DNA from: Candidatus Binatia bacterium
GTDB lineage: Bacteria > Desulfobacterota > Binatia > Bin18
DNA length: 64,000 bases
Assembly: GCA_963664395.2 (NCBI GenBank)
Contig: OY761159.2
Coordinates: forward strand, 160,001 to 224,000
Direction: 5' to 3'
Under the pieces are notes generated by a model that did not search any database, was not told where the DNA came from, and saw nothing but the letters and a program-made list of their open reading frames with translations. A program made the translations under genes and the position numbers. Position 1 is the first letter of the stretch. Each line of letters opens with the position of its first letter. Shown here piece by piece: positions 31,796-42,928 of the stretch.

Positions 31796-32799
31796 AGTCT
31801 GCTCTGCGCGAAATGATTAAACCCGGTAAACTCGCTCGCGGCCCGCGGCCCGTCCGGTAACCTGACGGTGACTCCGTCTGCCTGGGGCACGAGCGAACCG
31901 ATGCGTGTGATCGCACAGCCGCTCTGGTCTGCGACGGCCTGAATCCTGGAGCGCGCCGCAGCCGGCGCACTAAAGAGTAACTCGTAATCCTCCCCGCCAG
32001 CTAGGGCCAGCGCCCAATCCTGTGCGCCCAGGAGCGTCCGATAGCCGTCGGACAGCGGGAGCGTTTGGGCCTCAACAACTGCGCCGACCTGACTGGCTTC
32101 ACACAGGTGACCCAAATCCTGGAGCAGCCCGTCGCTGACATCAATCATAGCGGTCGCAAGATGTTGGGCAGCGAGTTCTTGTCCGACCGTGACACGGGCG
32201 GTCGGGCATAAGAAGCGCTGTTTCAACTGTTGGACGGCAAGGCTCTCGGCATCTCCAGCCAGTTCCCCAGTGAGGATGCGCAAGCCTAATGCCGCGTCAC
32301 CCAGAGTTCCAGTCACGTACACATCATCCTCGACGTGCGCGCCAGAACGAACGATCGGCCCGTGCGGGGTCTGCCCCAGGAGAGAAACCGAAATCGTAAA
32401 AACAGGGGCGGCACTCATATTGCCGCCGATGAGCGTGGTCTGCATCTCCTGAGCAGCATCAAGGAAACCATCAAAGAAGGCGTCCAGATCTTCGACGGCA
32501 TGGTCTTGGGGTACGCCCAAACTTAATAAGGCGAAGGTCGGCTCGCCTCCCATGGCTGCAACGTCACTCGCATTGACGGCAAAGGCTTTCTGTCCCAAGA
32601 CAAAAAAAGGTGTCCACTCACACCGGAAGTGAACACCTGCAATCATGGCATCGGTTGTCAGCAGCGTTGTTCCTGATAGTGAGAGTGCGGCGCAGTCATC
32701 GCCAATGCCGAGCTGGATCCGAGGATCATGGCTGGCCTGCGGCAAGCGCTCACGGAGGCGGCGCAAAAAGGAGAACTCACCGAGATCCCGTATTTTCAT
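31792..32799 (-). CDS. thiL: Thiamine-monophosphate kinase
   Basis: GIGDDCA, NASDVAAMGG, IDVSDGL and GGEDYELL motifs. Confidence 0.95.
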   Translation of the reverse strand: MKIRDLGEFSFLRRLRERLPQASHDPRIQLGIGDDCAALSLSGTTLLTTDAMIAGVHFRCEWTPFFVLGQKAFAVNASDVAAMGGEPTFALLSLGVPQDHAVEDLDAFFDGFLDAAQEMQTTLIGGNMSAAPVFTISVSLLGQTPHGPIVRSGAHVEDDVYVTGTLGDAALGLRILTGELAGDAESLAVQQLKQRFLCPTARVTVGQELAAQHLATAMIDVSDGLLQDLGHLCEASQVGAVVEAQTLPLSDGYRTLLGAQDWALALAGGEDYELLFSAPAAARSRIQAVADQSGCAITRIGSLVPQADGVTVRLPDGPRAASEFTGFNHFAQSRL

Positions 32800-32805
32800 A
32801 CACCC

Positions 32806-33924
32806 TTATCCAAACAGTTCTTTGACCTTATCAAAAAATCCTTTGGAGATGGGATGCAACTCACCCCCATTAAGCCGAGCGAACTCTTCCAGCAGCTCTT
32901 TCTGCTTGGCCCCAAGTTTTGTGGGGGTTTCAACCACGACCCGAACGAGTTGGTCGCCTCGCCCACCACCGCGCAAATCTACGATGCCCTTTCCTCGGAG
33001 CCGAAAGACACTGCCCGACTGCGTACCGGCCGGCACTTTCATTTTGATCTTTCCCTCAAGCGTGGGTGCTTCGATATCGGCGCCAAGAGCTGCCTGTGGA
33101 AAGCTGATGGGCAACTCACAGATCACCTCATTGTCTTGCCGCTCAAAAAGCGGGTGCTCTCCGACCTGGATCGTGACATACAGGTCTCCAGAAATACCGC
33201 TAGCCGGTCTGGCACCCCCTTCCCCACGCAGCTTGAGCCGAGAGCCGGAGTCAACCCCGCCAGGAATTTTAATCTGCAGGTTCGACGTTTTACGCACCGC
33301 GCCAACGCCATGACACTCCGTACACGGATCGGTCACCACTGATCCCTGACCACCACACTGGTTGCACGTTCGGGCCACCGTAAAAAAGCCTTGTTGAAAA
33401 CGCACCTGGCCACTCCCGCGACAGGTGCCGCACGTCTGTGGCCGCGTGCCTGGTTTCGCCCCAGTCCCATGACAGGTCGCACACGTCGCCCGGCGTGGAA
33501 TAGCAACCGTCTTTTCCGTACCGAACGCGGCCTCTTCGAAGGAGACGGCGAGACTATAACTGAGATCCTCGCCACGCTGCTGACGCCCCCGTCCACCCCG
33601 ACTGCCACCACCGAAGAAGTCGCCAAAAATATCGCCGAAGACATCTTCGAAGTTCGTGGAAAAATCGGCCCCTCCACTAAACCCGCCCCCACCCTGCTCA
33701 AACGCCGCCTGACCAAAACGATCATACCGGGCTCGTTTCTCCGGGTCATTGAGCACTTGGTAGGCTTCTGAGAGTTCCTTAAATTTCTCTTCGGCCGCTT
33801 TGTCTCCTGGATTACGATCCGGATGGTAGCGTAAGGCAGCTTTGCGGTATGCCTTTTTCAGTCCCTCTGCGCCTACGTCCGGACTCACATCTAGTCGCTC
33901 ATAATAGTCGGATTTACTTGCCAT
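32806..33924 (-). CDS. dnaJ: Chaperone DnaJ
   Basis: J domain with HPD, G/F region and four CxxCxGxG repeats. Confidence 0.97.
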   Translation of the reverse strand: MASKSDYYERLDVSPDVGAEGLKKAYRKAALRYHPDRNPGDKAAEEKFKELSEAYQVLNDPEKRARYDRFGQAAFEQGGGGFSGGADFSTNFEDVFGDIFGDFFGGGSRGGRGRQQRGEDLSYSLAVSFEEAAFGTEKTVAIPRRATCATCHGTGAKPGTRPQTCGTCRGSGQVRFQQGFFTVARTCNQCGGQGSVVTDPCTECHGVGAVRKTSNLQIKIPGGVDSGSRLKLRGEGGARPASGISGDLYVTIQVGEHPLFERQDNEVICELPISFPQAALGADIEAPTLEGKIKMKVPAGTQSGSVFRLRGKGIVDLRGGGRGDQLVRVVVETPTKLGAKQKELLEEFARLNGGELHPISKGFFDKVKELFG

Positions 33925-33945
33925 ACCCGCCCCTATTCCCTGATA

Positions 33946-33983
33946 ATAAAAACCCCCACTTCCAACTGTAGGAGAAGTGGGGG
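33946..33983 (-). terminator. Intrinsic terminator between dnaK and dnaJ
   Basis: CCCCCACTTC/GAAGTGGGGG stem with a T tract on the minus strand. Confidence 0.7.
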
Positions 33984-34020
33984 CCTTAAGACAAGACGGT
34001 CTCGGTACACTTGTACGAAG

Positions 34021-35958
34021 TTACTTCACTTCTTCAAAGTCTGCGTCAACAACGTTGTCGGTCTCTTTTTTCTGGTCACTCCCTGCGCTGCTGCTATCTG
34101 TCGGCCCATCACCGGGAGCGGCCTGCCCACCTGTTGCGTCCGCTTGTTCTTGCGCCGCTTTTGCGTACATCGCTTCAGCCAGCTTGTGAGAAGCTTGGGT
34201 AAGTTCTTCTGTGACCGTCTTCATTGCCTCGGCATCATCACCCTCCAACACTTTCTTGGCTTTCTCTAACGCTACCTCGATATTACTCACCGTTTCGGCA
34301 TCGGCTGCGTCTTTGTGCTCTGCCAGGGATTTCTCGCTTGAATAGATCAGCGAATCAAGCTGATTATGAGCCTCAATGCGCGTCCTTTTCTTCTGGTCCT
34401 CTTCGGCGTGAGACTCAGCATCCTGAACCATACTCTTGATTTCTTCCTCAGACAGTCCACTGGAGGCCGTAATTTGAATCGATTGCTCTTTTCCGGTGCC
34501 AAGATCTTTGGCGTTGACGTGAACAATACCATTGGCGTCAATATCAAAGGTCACCTCGACTTGAGGAATGCCGCGTGGCGCGGGTGGGATCCCGACAAGA
34601 TCAAACTGTCCCAGGAGCTTATTGTCCGCTGCCATTTCGCGTTCCCCTTGATAAACGCGAATCGTTACTGCCGTCTGACTATCTGCTGCGGTTGAGAAGA
34701 TCTGGCTTTTTTTGGTTGGAATCGTTGTATTTTTTTCAATTAACCGGGTGAAGACCCCCCCGAGCGTCTCGATCCCCAAGGACAACGGCGTGACGTCCAA
34801 CAGCAGTACGTCTTTCACATCACCGGTGAGCACCGCCCCCTGAATCGCTGCACCAACGGCCACCACCTCATCCGGATTCACACCTTTATGCGGCTCTTTA
34901 CCAAAAATCTTACTCACTCGCTCTTGCACGGCAGGCATACGCGTCATACCACCGACCAAGACAATCTCATCAATTTGCTGCGCGGACAGGCCCGCGTCTT
35001 TGAGCGCAGTGAGGCAGGGTGAACCGAGACGGTCGAGCAGGTCGGCGCACAGCGCTTCGAGTTTGGCCCGAGTAAGCTTTATCGTTAAATGTTTTGGCCC
35101 ACTCTGGTCAGCCGTAATAAAGGGAAGGTTGATATCGGTCTCCATTGAAGACGACAACTCACATTTGGCCTTCTCGCCGGCTTCTTTCAAACGCTGCAAG
35201 GCCATCCGGTCCGTACGCAGATCAACGCCCTGATCTTTTTTAAATTCATCAGCAAGATAATCGATAATACATTGATCGAAGTCATCGCCGCCCAGAAAAG
35301 TATCCCCGTTGGTAGCCTTGACCTCAAACACCCCGTCTCCCACTTCGAGAATAGAGACATCAAACGTTCCGCCTCCCAGGTCAAAAACCGCGATCTTTTC
35401 GTCCTTCTTTTTGTCGAGGCCATAGGCCAGCGAGGCCGCAGTCGGCTCGTTGATAATCCGCTGGATATTCAATCCGGCGATACGGCCAGCGTCCTTTGTT
35501 CCCTGCCGTTGGGAATCGTTGAAATAGGCAGGAACAGTCAGTACGGCGTCAGACACGGTCTCACCGAGATAGTCCTCAGCCGTTTGTTTCATTTTCTGTA
35601 AGGTAAAGGCTGAAATCTCTGGCGGACTGTAGCTCTTCCCCCGGCTCTCGACCCAGGCATCTCCGTTATCGGATTTTACAATCCGGTAGGGCAGCAGCTG
35701 TTTCGCCTTTTCCGCTTCTGCATCTTCAAAACGGTGGCCGATGAGCCGCTTAATCGAAAAAATTGTATTTTCTGGATTGGTCACAGCTTGGCGGCGGGCA
35801 ATCTGACCAACAAGCCGCTCCCCACTATCAGTAAAAGCGACTACAGAAGGAGTCGTACGATTTCCCTCAGCATTCGTGATCACTGTGGGCTCCCCCCCTT
35901 CCATCACTGCTACAACAGAGTTTGTTGTTCCCAGATCAATCCCAATAACCTTTCCCAT
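34021..35958 (-). CDS. dnaK: Chaperone DnaK
   Basis: [17 protein letters not shown] and C-terminal VDADFEEV. Confidence 0.99.
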   Translation of the reverse strand: MGKVIGIDLGTTNSVVAVMEGGEPTVITNAEGNRTTPSVVAFTDSGERLVGQIARRQAVTNPENTIFSIKRLIGHRFEDAEAEKAKQLLPYRIVKSDNGDAWVESRGKSYSPPEISAFTLQKMKQTAEDYLGETVSDAVLTVPAYFNDSQRQGTKDAGRIAGLNIQRIINEPTAASLAYGLDKKKDEKIAVFDLGGGTFDVSILEVGDGVFEVKATNGDTFLGGDDFDQCIIDYLADEFKKDQGVDLRTDRMALQRLKEAGEKAKCELSSSMETDINLPFITADQSGPKHLTIKLTRAKLEALCADLLDRLGSPCLTALKDAGLSAQQIDEIVLVGGMTRMPAVQERVSKIFGKEPHKGVNPDEVVAVGAAIQGAVLTGDVKDVLLLDVTPLSLGIETLGGVFTRLIEKNTTIPTKKSQIFSTAADSQTAVTIRVYQGEREMAADNKLLGQFDLVGIPPAPRGIPQVEVTFDIDANGIVHVNAKDLGTGKEQSIQITASSGLSEEEIKSMVQDAESHAEEDQKKRTRIEAHNQLDSLIYSSEKSLAEHKDAADAETVSNIEVALEKAKKVLEGDDAEAMKTVTEELTQASHKLAEAMYAKAAQEQADATGGQAAPGDGPTDSSSAGSDQKKETDNVVDADFEEVK

Positions 35959-36042
35959 ACCTGTTCTCCTTCATGTCGAGAGCTCATTCTCGACTCCCAT
36001 TGCAAAGCATTAGTTAATCATCACTCAAGCCGTTGGCAACCG

Positions 36043-36726
36043 CTACGACTCTGATTTTTCCACCTCTTCTGTCTGTGCATGCGGAGGTGCCTTTGAGACG
36101 CTGACCATTGCCGGGCGCAATAAACGATCGTGCAGTTGGTATCCAGGCTGATGTTCATCAAGCACGGTATTCGCAGCGATCTCGCTATTTTCGACATGCG
36201 CCACGGCTTCGTGCTTACTCGGGTCGAAAGACTCTCCTTTGGCCTTCACCCGGCTGACACCATGCTTCTCAATAGTGTCTATCAAGGACCGCAAGACTAA
36301 CCCCACTCCTTCAATAAGCGCTTGCCCACCTTCGTTCCCCTTGGCATGCTCGACTGCTCGGTCAAGATTATCGACGACAGGCAAAATATCCCGTAGAAGC
36401 GGTTCAACGGCAAAACGCAGCGACTCACTTTTCTCCCGCTGCATCCGTCGCTTAAAATTTTCCAGTTCAGCCCGTTCTCTCAGTAACAGGTCGTAATTCG
36501 CCTTAGCTTCCTCTTCTTTGGCTGCGAGCTGAGCTTGTAGGAGGGCGAGTTCATCAGGCTGATCCCGATCATTCTGCTCAGCACTCTCATCTTCTTCACT
36601 GAGTCCGCTCTGCTCAGTCTGTCCGGCCTGTCTGTCGAGCCGAGCCTCTTCTTGATTTTGTGGCGCTCCCGGCTCCTCCCGTTCTTCTGGTCGGGTGCGA
36701 TCCGATTTTTCCATACTTTCCCTCAT
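36043..36726 (-). CDS. grpE: Nucleotide exchange factor GrpE
   Basis: AELENFKRR, FDPSKHEAV and GYQLHDRLLRPAMVSV. Confidence 0.96.
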   Translation of the reverse strand: MRESMEKSDRTRPEEREEPGAPQNQEEARLDRQAGQTEQSGLSEEDESAEQNDRDQPDELALLQAQLAAKEEEAKANYDLLLRERAELENFKRRMQREKSESLRFAVEPLLRDILPVVDNLDRAVEHAKGNEGGQALIEGVGLVLRSLIDTIEKHGVSRVKAKGESFDPSKHEAVAHVENSEIAANTVLDEHQPGYQLHDRLLRPAMVSVSKAPPHAQTEEVEKSES

Positions 36727-36814
36727 TTTCCAGGCTCTCGCCGGACTCTTCTCACCCTTCTCTTTGTTCGCTTTTTCACCTATTTATGGTAGAAAAGGAG
36801 AGAGGTTACAGGGA

Positions 36815-36843
36815 ATGTAAGAATCACCTCCTGGACTGTCAAG
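36815..36843 (-). promoter_or_regulatory. Putative heat-shock (RpoH-like) promoter of grpE
   Basis: CTTGAC-16 nt-CTTACAT on the minus strand. Confidence 0.3.
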
Positions 36844-36849
36844 CTAAAA

Positions 36850-37692
36850 ATGCAAGAAGAACGCACCCGAGCTATTGTTCTGCGTACACGCGTACATGGA
36901 GAATCGGACAAGATCGTCACCTTCCTCACCCAGGACTGGGGGAAGATCACCGGCATTGCAAAAGGAGCAAAGCGTTCACGACGACGTTTTGTCAACGTTC
37001 TTGAACCTTTCACGCATATCCACCTCAGATTCCGGCCAAATCGCTCTGACGGACTGGCTTTTATCCTGGGCTGCGAGTGTGTCCAAGCGTTTCGACGCCC
37101 GAGTCAAGATCTGCAACGATTTGCTTTCGCGAGTTATATGGTTGAGCTGACAGACGTCATGGTGGCCGGACGGGAAGCCGGTCAAGAAATCTACGCTCTC
37201 CTCTTGCACAGTTTAATCTCGCTTGAAGAGTCGGCCACTCTCCCCGCCTTGTTTCTCTCGGCTTTTGAGCTGCGCCTCCTGGTTGAGGTGGGCTATGCCC
37301 CGAACATGAGGGCCTGTTACGTATGCGGGACCTCCATGGCAACGCGCACAACGGACGAGCCAGCCCTGCTGTTCTCTCCTCGTCTTAGCGGCCTGCTGTG
37401 TCCTCAATGTGATACTCAGGGCGGCGCAACGTTTCGCCTTTCTCCTGAAACGCTCATGCTACTCCAGACCTGGCTCCTCAGTGAGCACATACCCTACGTG
37501 TTCTCTGATGTTTCTCCACGAGTCTACCAGGAAACGCGCTCCCTTGTGTCCCGTCTTTTGGCGCAGCATTTGCCCCGGCCACTCAAATCACTCACCTTTC
37601 TTGAGCAGGTAAACGTGCCACCCGAGTCCTCTTATCCCTCCTCCTGCGTCTCCGGCCACGCCTCTTGCATTGACGACTCTCAGAGTGGGTGA
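36850..37692 (+). CDS. recO: DNA repair protein RecO
   Basis: AIVLR..HGESDKIV, IAKGAKRSRRRF and Zn motif CYVCG..CPQC. Confidence 0.93.
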   Translation: MQEERTRAIVLRTRVHGESDKIVTFLTQDWGKITGIAKGAKRSRRRFVNVLEPFTHIHLRFRPNRSDGLAFILGCECVQAFRRPSQDLQRFAFASYMVELTDVMVAGREAGQEIYALLLHSLISLEESATLPALFLSAFELRLLVEVGYAPNMRACYVCGTSMATRTTDEPALLFSPRLSGLLCPQCDTQGGATFRLSPETLMLLQTWLLSEHIPYVFSDVSPRVYQETRSLVSRLLAQHLPRPLKSLTFLEQVNVPPESSYPSSCVSGHASCIDDSQSG

Positions 37693-37734
37693 TAGGGCTG
37701 CTCGCCTACGAGCAAGGCAAGACTTCTTCTCCTC

Positions 37735-37769
37735 ATGAGAGAGGCAATCTTTATGAGAGGGACAATCTT
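37735..37769. repeat. 17-bp tandem direct repeat upstream of ppdK
   Basis: ATGAGAGAGGCAATCTT (37735-37751) and ATGAGAGGGACAATCTT (37753-37769), 15/17 identical. Confidence 0.6.
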
Positions 37770-37800
37770 GGTCATACAAACAACATAATAGGCTCAACTC

Positions 37801-40641
37801 ATGGATACCCAAGCACAAAACGAGTTGCAAAAAGGGAAGAAACGATCACGGCGCAACCGCTATGTCTACTCTTTTGGCGGGGGACAAGCCGATGGAAAGG
37901 CCAGTCTCAATTGGCTCCTCGGTGGCAAAGGCGCAAATCTGGCGGAAATGGCCGGCCTGGGGCTGCCCGTTCCGCCTGGTATGACCATCACGACCGAAGT
38001 CTGCACCCATTATTATACCTATGGCCATACGTATCCGCCGGAACTCCCACAGCAGGTTCGGACAGGTTTGAGGCGCGTCGAAAAAATCATTGGGCGGCGT
38101 TTTGGAAATGCAACAAATCCACTGCTCTTGTCGGTCCGGTCGGGCGCCCGCGTTTCCATGCCCGGCATGATGGATACAGTGCTGAACCTCGGCCTCAATG
38201 ATAAGACGGTGCAAGGTTTAATTCAGCAATCCGGCAACCCCCGCTTTGCCTATGACTGCTATCGTCGGTTCGTTCAGATGTACGGCGATGTCGTACTCGG
38301 CCTCAAGCCTCAATCAAAGGTAGAACGGGACCCCTTTGAGCGTATTATTGAGGAGAAAAAAACAGCAAAAGGGATAGAGCACGACACCCAATTCACGGCA
38401 GAGGACCTCCAAGCACTCGTCTCAGCATTCAAGGGTCTTATTCAGGAACGTTTGGGCCTGCCGTTTCCCGATGACCCGCACGATCAACTTTGGGGTGCGG
38501 TCGGCGCAGTATTCAGCTCGTGGAATAATAACCGAGCGATTTCGTATCGAAGGATTGAAAACATCCCGGACGAATGGGGCACCGCGGTAACGGTTCAGGC
38601 CATGGTGTTTGGCAACTCAGGGGATGATTGCGCTACCGGCGTCGCCTTTACCCGCGACCTCTCGACTGGTGCACCCGATCTGAACGGCGATTTTCTCATT
38701 AACGCCCAAGGAGAAGATGTTGTTGCCGGTATCCGAACGCCTCAACAGATTACCCTCTCGGCATCACGCCAGCGCGCCCAACGGGAAGGGTGTTCGGAAG
38801 ACGAGCGGAAAGAACGCTACCCGGCTCTGGAAGAGCAGATGCCGGACTGCTTCGATCAGTTGAAAGAGATCGCGCAAACGCTTGAATCCCACTACCGTGA
38901 TGCTCAAGATATCGAATTCACCGCAGAGCACGGCCAGTTATGGATGCTCCAAACCCGAACGGCCAAGCGAACGGCCGCGGCAGCCATCCAAATCGCCGTG
39001 GACATGGTCTACGAAGGTCGTATTGATGAAGAGCAAGCCATCCTTCGTGTCGCACCAGCTCAGCTTGACCAACTGCTCCATCCTATTCTTGACCCTGATG
39101 CACCAAAGGAAGCCGTCGCCCGTGGCTTGCCCGCCTCTCCGGGAGCCGTCAGCGGAGAAGTGGTGTTCTCCGCTGAGGATGCCGAAAGTGCGGCGCAAGC
39201 CGGGCGACAGGTTATCCTGGTTCGGATTGAAACCTCACCGGAAGACATTAATGGAATGAATGCCGCGGAAGGTATCCTCACCGCCCGCGGCGGCGCGAGC
39301 TCGCACGCAGCCCTGGTGAGTCGTGGTATGGGGAAGTGTGCCGTCGTCGGCTGTGAGGCGCTCGACATCGATTACGGCCAGCAGGAGGTGCGGGTGCGGG
39401 GCACGGATATCGTCCTCCGAGCCGGCGATTTGGTGACCTTGGACGGCTCAACCGGAGAAGTCTTTCAGGGACACGTTCCAACCAGTGAGCCGAGCATGGA
39501 AAGTCCGGCCTTCAAAGCCCTCATGACCTGGGCAGACCGCACCCGTCGCCTGCGTGTCCGAGCCAATGCCGATACCCCGCATGATGTGCAAGTCGCCCGG
39601 TCCTTTGGTGCAGAGGGGATAGGCCTGTGTCGAACGGAACATATGTTCTTTGAAGGCGATCGTATTGATGCCGTCCGAGAGATGATCCTGGCCGACGACA
39701 CGGTCGGTCGCATGCGTGCCTTAGAAAAAATTGTTCCCATGCAAAAGGCGGACTTTACCGGTATTTTACGTGCGATGGAGGGTCTGCCGGTGACCATCCG
39801 TCTCTTTGATCCACCCCTGCATGAATTTTTGCCTCAGACGGATAAGGACATTGACGAGTTGGCTGCTAAGCTGAACGTTCCAGCCGGACGCCTCCGGACA
39901 AAACGGAACGTTTTGCACGAACTGAACCCGATGTTAGGGCATCGGGGCTGTCGCCTGGGCATCACATTTCCAGAAATTTATGAAGCCCAAGTAACGGCGA
40001 TTATGGAAGCCGCTTGTGAACTGACACGCGCAGGGGTGAACGTTCTCCCCGAGATCATGGTTCCCCTTGTTGGCTATAAGCGAGAACTCGAAATCTTACG
40101 AAAACGGATTGCGCAGGTGTGCGCTGAAGTCATCTCATCCCAAGGCGCGACACCTCATTATTTGATTGGAACGATGATAGAAGTTCCACGTGCAGCCCTG
40201 CGAGCAGATCACATTGCAGAAGTCGCCGACTTCTTTTCCTTTGGGACAAACGACTTGACGCAAATGACACTTGGGCTGAGCCGAGACGACTCCGGGAGAT
40301 TTCTGCCTGACTACGTCTCACAGGGGATCTTCTCTCAGGACCCATTTGCCTCTCTCGACCTCGCTGGCGTCGGCCAGCTTGTTCACCTTGCCGTCCAAAA
40401 GGGACGAGCTGTTCGAGAGGGATTAAAAATGGGGATCTGCGGGGAACATGGAGGAGACCCGGCCTCGGTTGAGTTCTTTCACAACATCGGCCTGGACTAT
40501 GTGTCCTGTTCGCCCTATCGCGTGCCGATTGCGCGTCTCGCCGCGGCACACGCCGTCTTGAAGGAACAGATGGCGAACGAGCAGCGGGCTTCGCGGAAAG
40601 CATCAGCCAAGCCATCAAGTGCCGTCCTTGCGCAAGGGTGA
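37801..40641 (+). CDS. ppdK: Pyruvate, phosphate dikinase
   Basis: LLGGKGANLAEM, SVRSGA, SHAA phospho-His region, FSFGTNDLTQ and CGEHGGDP. Confidence 0.97.
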   Translation: MDTQAQNELQKGKKRSRRNRYVYSFGGGQADGKASLNWLLGGKGANLAEMAGLGLPVPPGMTITTEVCTHYYTYGHTYPPELPQQVRTGLRRVEKIIGRRFGNATNPLLLSVRSGARVSMPGMMDTVLNLGLNDKTVQGLIQQSGNPRFAYDCYRRFVQMYGDVVLGLKPQSKVERDPFERIIEEKKTAKGIEHDTQFTAEDLQALVSAFKGLIQERLGLPFPDDPHDQLWGAVGAVFSSWNNNRAISYRRIENIPDEWGTAVTVQAMVFGNSGDDCATGVAFTRDLSTGAPDLNGDFLINAQGEDVVAGIRTPQQITLSASRQRAQREGCSEDERKERYPALEEQMPDCFDQLKEIAQTLESHYRDAQDIEFTAEHGQLWMLQTRTAKRTAAAAIQIAVDMVYEGRIDEEQAILRVAPAQLDQLLHPILDPDAPKEAVARGLPASPGAVSGEVVFSAEDAESAAQAGRQVILVRIETSPEDINGMNAAEGILTARGGASSHAALVSRGMGKCAVVGCEALDIDYGQQEVRVRGTDIVLRAGDLVTLDGSTGEVFQGHVPTSEPSMESPAFKALMTWADRTRRLRVRANADTPHDVQVARSFGAEGIGLCRTEHMFFEGDRIDAVREMILADDTVGRMRALEKIVPMQKADFTGILRAMEGLPVTIRLFDPPLHEFLPQTDKDIDELAAKLNVPAGRLRTKRNVLHELNPMLGHRGCRLGITFPEIYEAQVTAIMEAACELTRAGVNVLPEIMVPLVGYKRELEILRKRIAQVCAEVISSQGATPHYLIGTMIEVPRAALRADHIAEVADFFSFGTNDLTQMTLGLSRDDSGRFLPDYVSQGIFSQDPFASLDLAGVGQLVHLAVQKGRAVREGLKMGICGEHGGDPASVEFFHNIGLDYVSCSPYRVPIARLAAAHAVLKEQMANEQRASRKASAKPSSAVLAQG

Positions 40642-40698
40642 ACCCACCGAGGCTAGCGCAGCAGTAGGTATATTCTCACACCGAGGTCTCTTTTCGGC

Positions 40699-41568
40699 AT
40701 GACCACTTTGAGCGTGAATGGGGAAACTCGCGTCATCGGGATTTTCGGCCACCCCATTGCCCACAGCCGCTCACCGGCCATGCATAATGCCGCATTCCGG
40801 GCGCTGGGCTTACCGTATGTTTATCTTCCCTTCTCCGTCCCTCCGGCGGCACTCGGGAAAGCGGCCGCCGGTATTCGCGCCCTGAATCTTGTCGGGGTCA
40901 ACGTCACCGTCCCCCACAAGGAAAAGATTCTGCGCTATCTGGATGAACTCAGTCCAGCGGCCAGCCTGTATCGAGCCGTCAACACGGTCATCAATCGGCA
41001 CGGCACACTCTACGGAGAGAACACCGATGGGCAAGGATTTTTACGCTCGCTTGCGGAACGCAAACGCTCAGTCCGAGACCGTGAGGTGGTGCTGATTGGC
41101 GCAGGGGGGGCCGCCCGGGCCGTCTTGGTTGCACTCATTCAGGCCGGCAGCGCGCAGATTACCATTGTCAACCGAACGCCGGCCCATGCCAAAAAGCTGA
41201 TACGGGCCTACCAATCGCTAGGCATAACACAGCTCGTGTCTGCACCTCTGGAGGTACTCCAAGACCCCACCCGCCTGAAACGTGCCGCTCTCGTTGTGAA
41301 CAGTATCCCGCTCGGCCTTCACGACGACACCTTCCCGGCTCTCGACTACGGAGCGACGCCACGCAGATGTCTCTTTTATGATTTAGTCTACGGACCTCAG
41401 CCGACCACCTTTTTGCAACGTGCTCTCCACGCCCAACGCACGACACTGGACGGACGCCGCATGCTGTTGCATCAAGGCGCACTCGCCTTTGAACTCTGGA
41501 CCGGCTACCCTGCCCCACTCAGGGTCATGTCGAACGCGTTGACCTGGTCGCTCACCGTCCCGGCGTAA
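40699..41568 (+). CDS. aroE: Shikimate dehydrogenase
   Basis: HSRSPAMHN, NVTVPHK, NTD, GAGGAARA and YDLVY motifs. Confidence 0.95.
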   Translation: MTTLSVNGETRVIGIFGHPIAHSRSPAMHNAAFRALGLPYVYLPFSVPPAALGKAAAGIRALNLVGVNVTVPHKEKILRYLDELSPAASLYRAVNTVINRHGTLYGENTDGQGFLRSLAERKRSVRDREVVLIGAGGAARAVLVALIQAGSAQITIVNRTPAHAKKLIRAYQSLGITQLVSAPLEVLQDPTRLKRAALVVNSIPLGLHDDTFPALDYGATPRRCLFYDLVYGPQPTTFLQRALHAQRTTLDGRRMLLHQGALAFELWTGYPAPLRVMSNALTWSLTVPA

Positions 41569-41707
41569 GTTACCTGTCTACCGCCGCGCCCGCTGCACCC
41601 GCCGGGCCGGTCCGGGCCCGATGTTGGACTCCGCTTCACATCTGCGCTACCATTTTTCCTCTATTACGATCTGAGTGTCATTCCTTATATTCTGGAGAGC
41701 AATCCTC

Positions 41708-42928
41708 ATGGCCATCTTTCGCTGGCAGGGAGTCGGACCGAACGGAGAAACGCTAAAAGGCGAAATGGACGCCCCGGACGCGTCCGCAGTTGCGGCTCGT
41801 CTTCGCGTTCAGCGTATCCGCCCACTCCCGGACCGCATCCGCACAAAAAGGAGCGGCCTCGAGAGAGAGATTAAAATTCCAGGCTTAGGGGAGAAGGTCA
41901 AACAAAAAGACGTTGTCATTTTTACACGTCAGCTTGCGACCATGATTGATGCCGGACTGCCCATCATGCAGGCCCTGGACCTCTTGGCCCGGCAAACGGA
42001 AAATAAAACCTTTTCCGGGGTGATTGCCAAAGTCAAACACGAAGTCGAAAGTGGGTCAGCGCTCGCGGAGTCCCTGACCAAGCATCCCAAGGTCTTTGAC
42101 GAACTCTATATCAACATGGTCTCAGCGGGTGAGGTTGGAGGTATGCTCGATACCATTCTTACTCGCCTTGCCGCCTATATGGAAAAGGCCGTGAAACTCA
42201 AGTCGAAAGTCAAAAGTGCCCTGATTTATCCCATCAGCATTATCAGTGTCGCAGTGCTGGTGACCGCTCTTCTCCTTATTTATGTCATACCCGTATTTGG
42301 TGATATGTTTGCAAGTTTTGGCGAGGAACTCCCGCTCCCAACACAAATCGCGATCAATCTGAGTGACATCGCGATAGCCTATTTCTGGTATATAGTTGCG
42401 GGGAGTGTTGGAGCGGTTTTCGGTATCCGCACCTATCACAAGACGGAGCGGGGCAGACGAGTGATTGATGGGATTTTGCTCAAGCTGCCTATTTTTGGCG
42501 ACATTTTTCGTAAAGCAGCGGTCGCTCGGTTTACCCGAACGCTCAGTACTCTAGTCTCGTCCGGTGTCCCCATTCTTGACTCGTTAGCCATCACTGGAAA
42601 GACGGCGGGTAATAAAGTCATTGAAAATGCCGTTTTTGCCGCCCGCCAGAGTATTAGTGAAGGGAGGACACTGACTGACCCACTGATCGAAAGTCAAGTC
42701 TTCCCTCCAATGGTATGTCAAATGATTAACGTCGGGGAAACTACCGGCGCGTTGGACACCATGCTCTCTAAAATTGCCGATTTTTACGATGATGAGGTCG
42801 ATACTGCGGTCTCGAACCTCACAACTCTCATGGAACCCATGGTCATTCTGTTTCTCGGGGTCATCATTGGAGGCATTGTTGTCTCTATGTATATGCCCAT
42901 ATTCCAGCTCGGTACGGTCCTCAATTAA
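41708..42928 (+). CDS. pilC: Type IV pilus platform protein PilC (T2SS F family)
   Basis: FTRQLATMIDAGLP, AGEVGGMLD and GETTGALD..MEP. Confidence 0.93.
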   Translation: MAIFRWQGVGPNGETLKGEMDAPDASAVAARLRVQRIRPLPDRIRTKRSGLEREIKIPGLGEKVKQKDVVIFTRQLATMIDAGLPIMQALDLLARQTENKTFSGVIAKVKHEVESGSALAESLTKHPKVFDELYINMVSAGEVGGMLDTILTRLAAYMEKAVKLKSKVKSALIYPISIISVAVLVTALLLIYVIPVFGDMFASFGEELPLPTQIAINLSDIAIAYFWYIVAGSVGAVFGIRTYHKTERGRRVIDGILLKLPIFGDIFRKAAVARFTRTLSTLVSSGVPILDSLAITGKTAGNKVIENAVFAARQSISEGRTLTDPLIESQVFPPMVCQMINVGETTGALDTMLSKIADFYDDEVDTAVSNLTTLMEPMVILFLGVIIGGIVVSMYMPIFQLGTVLN

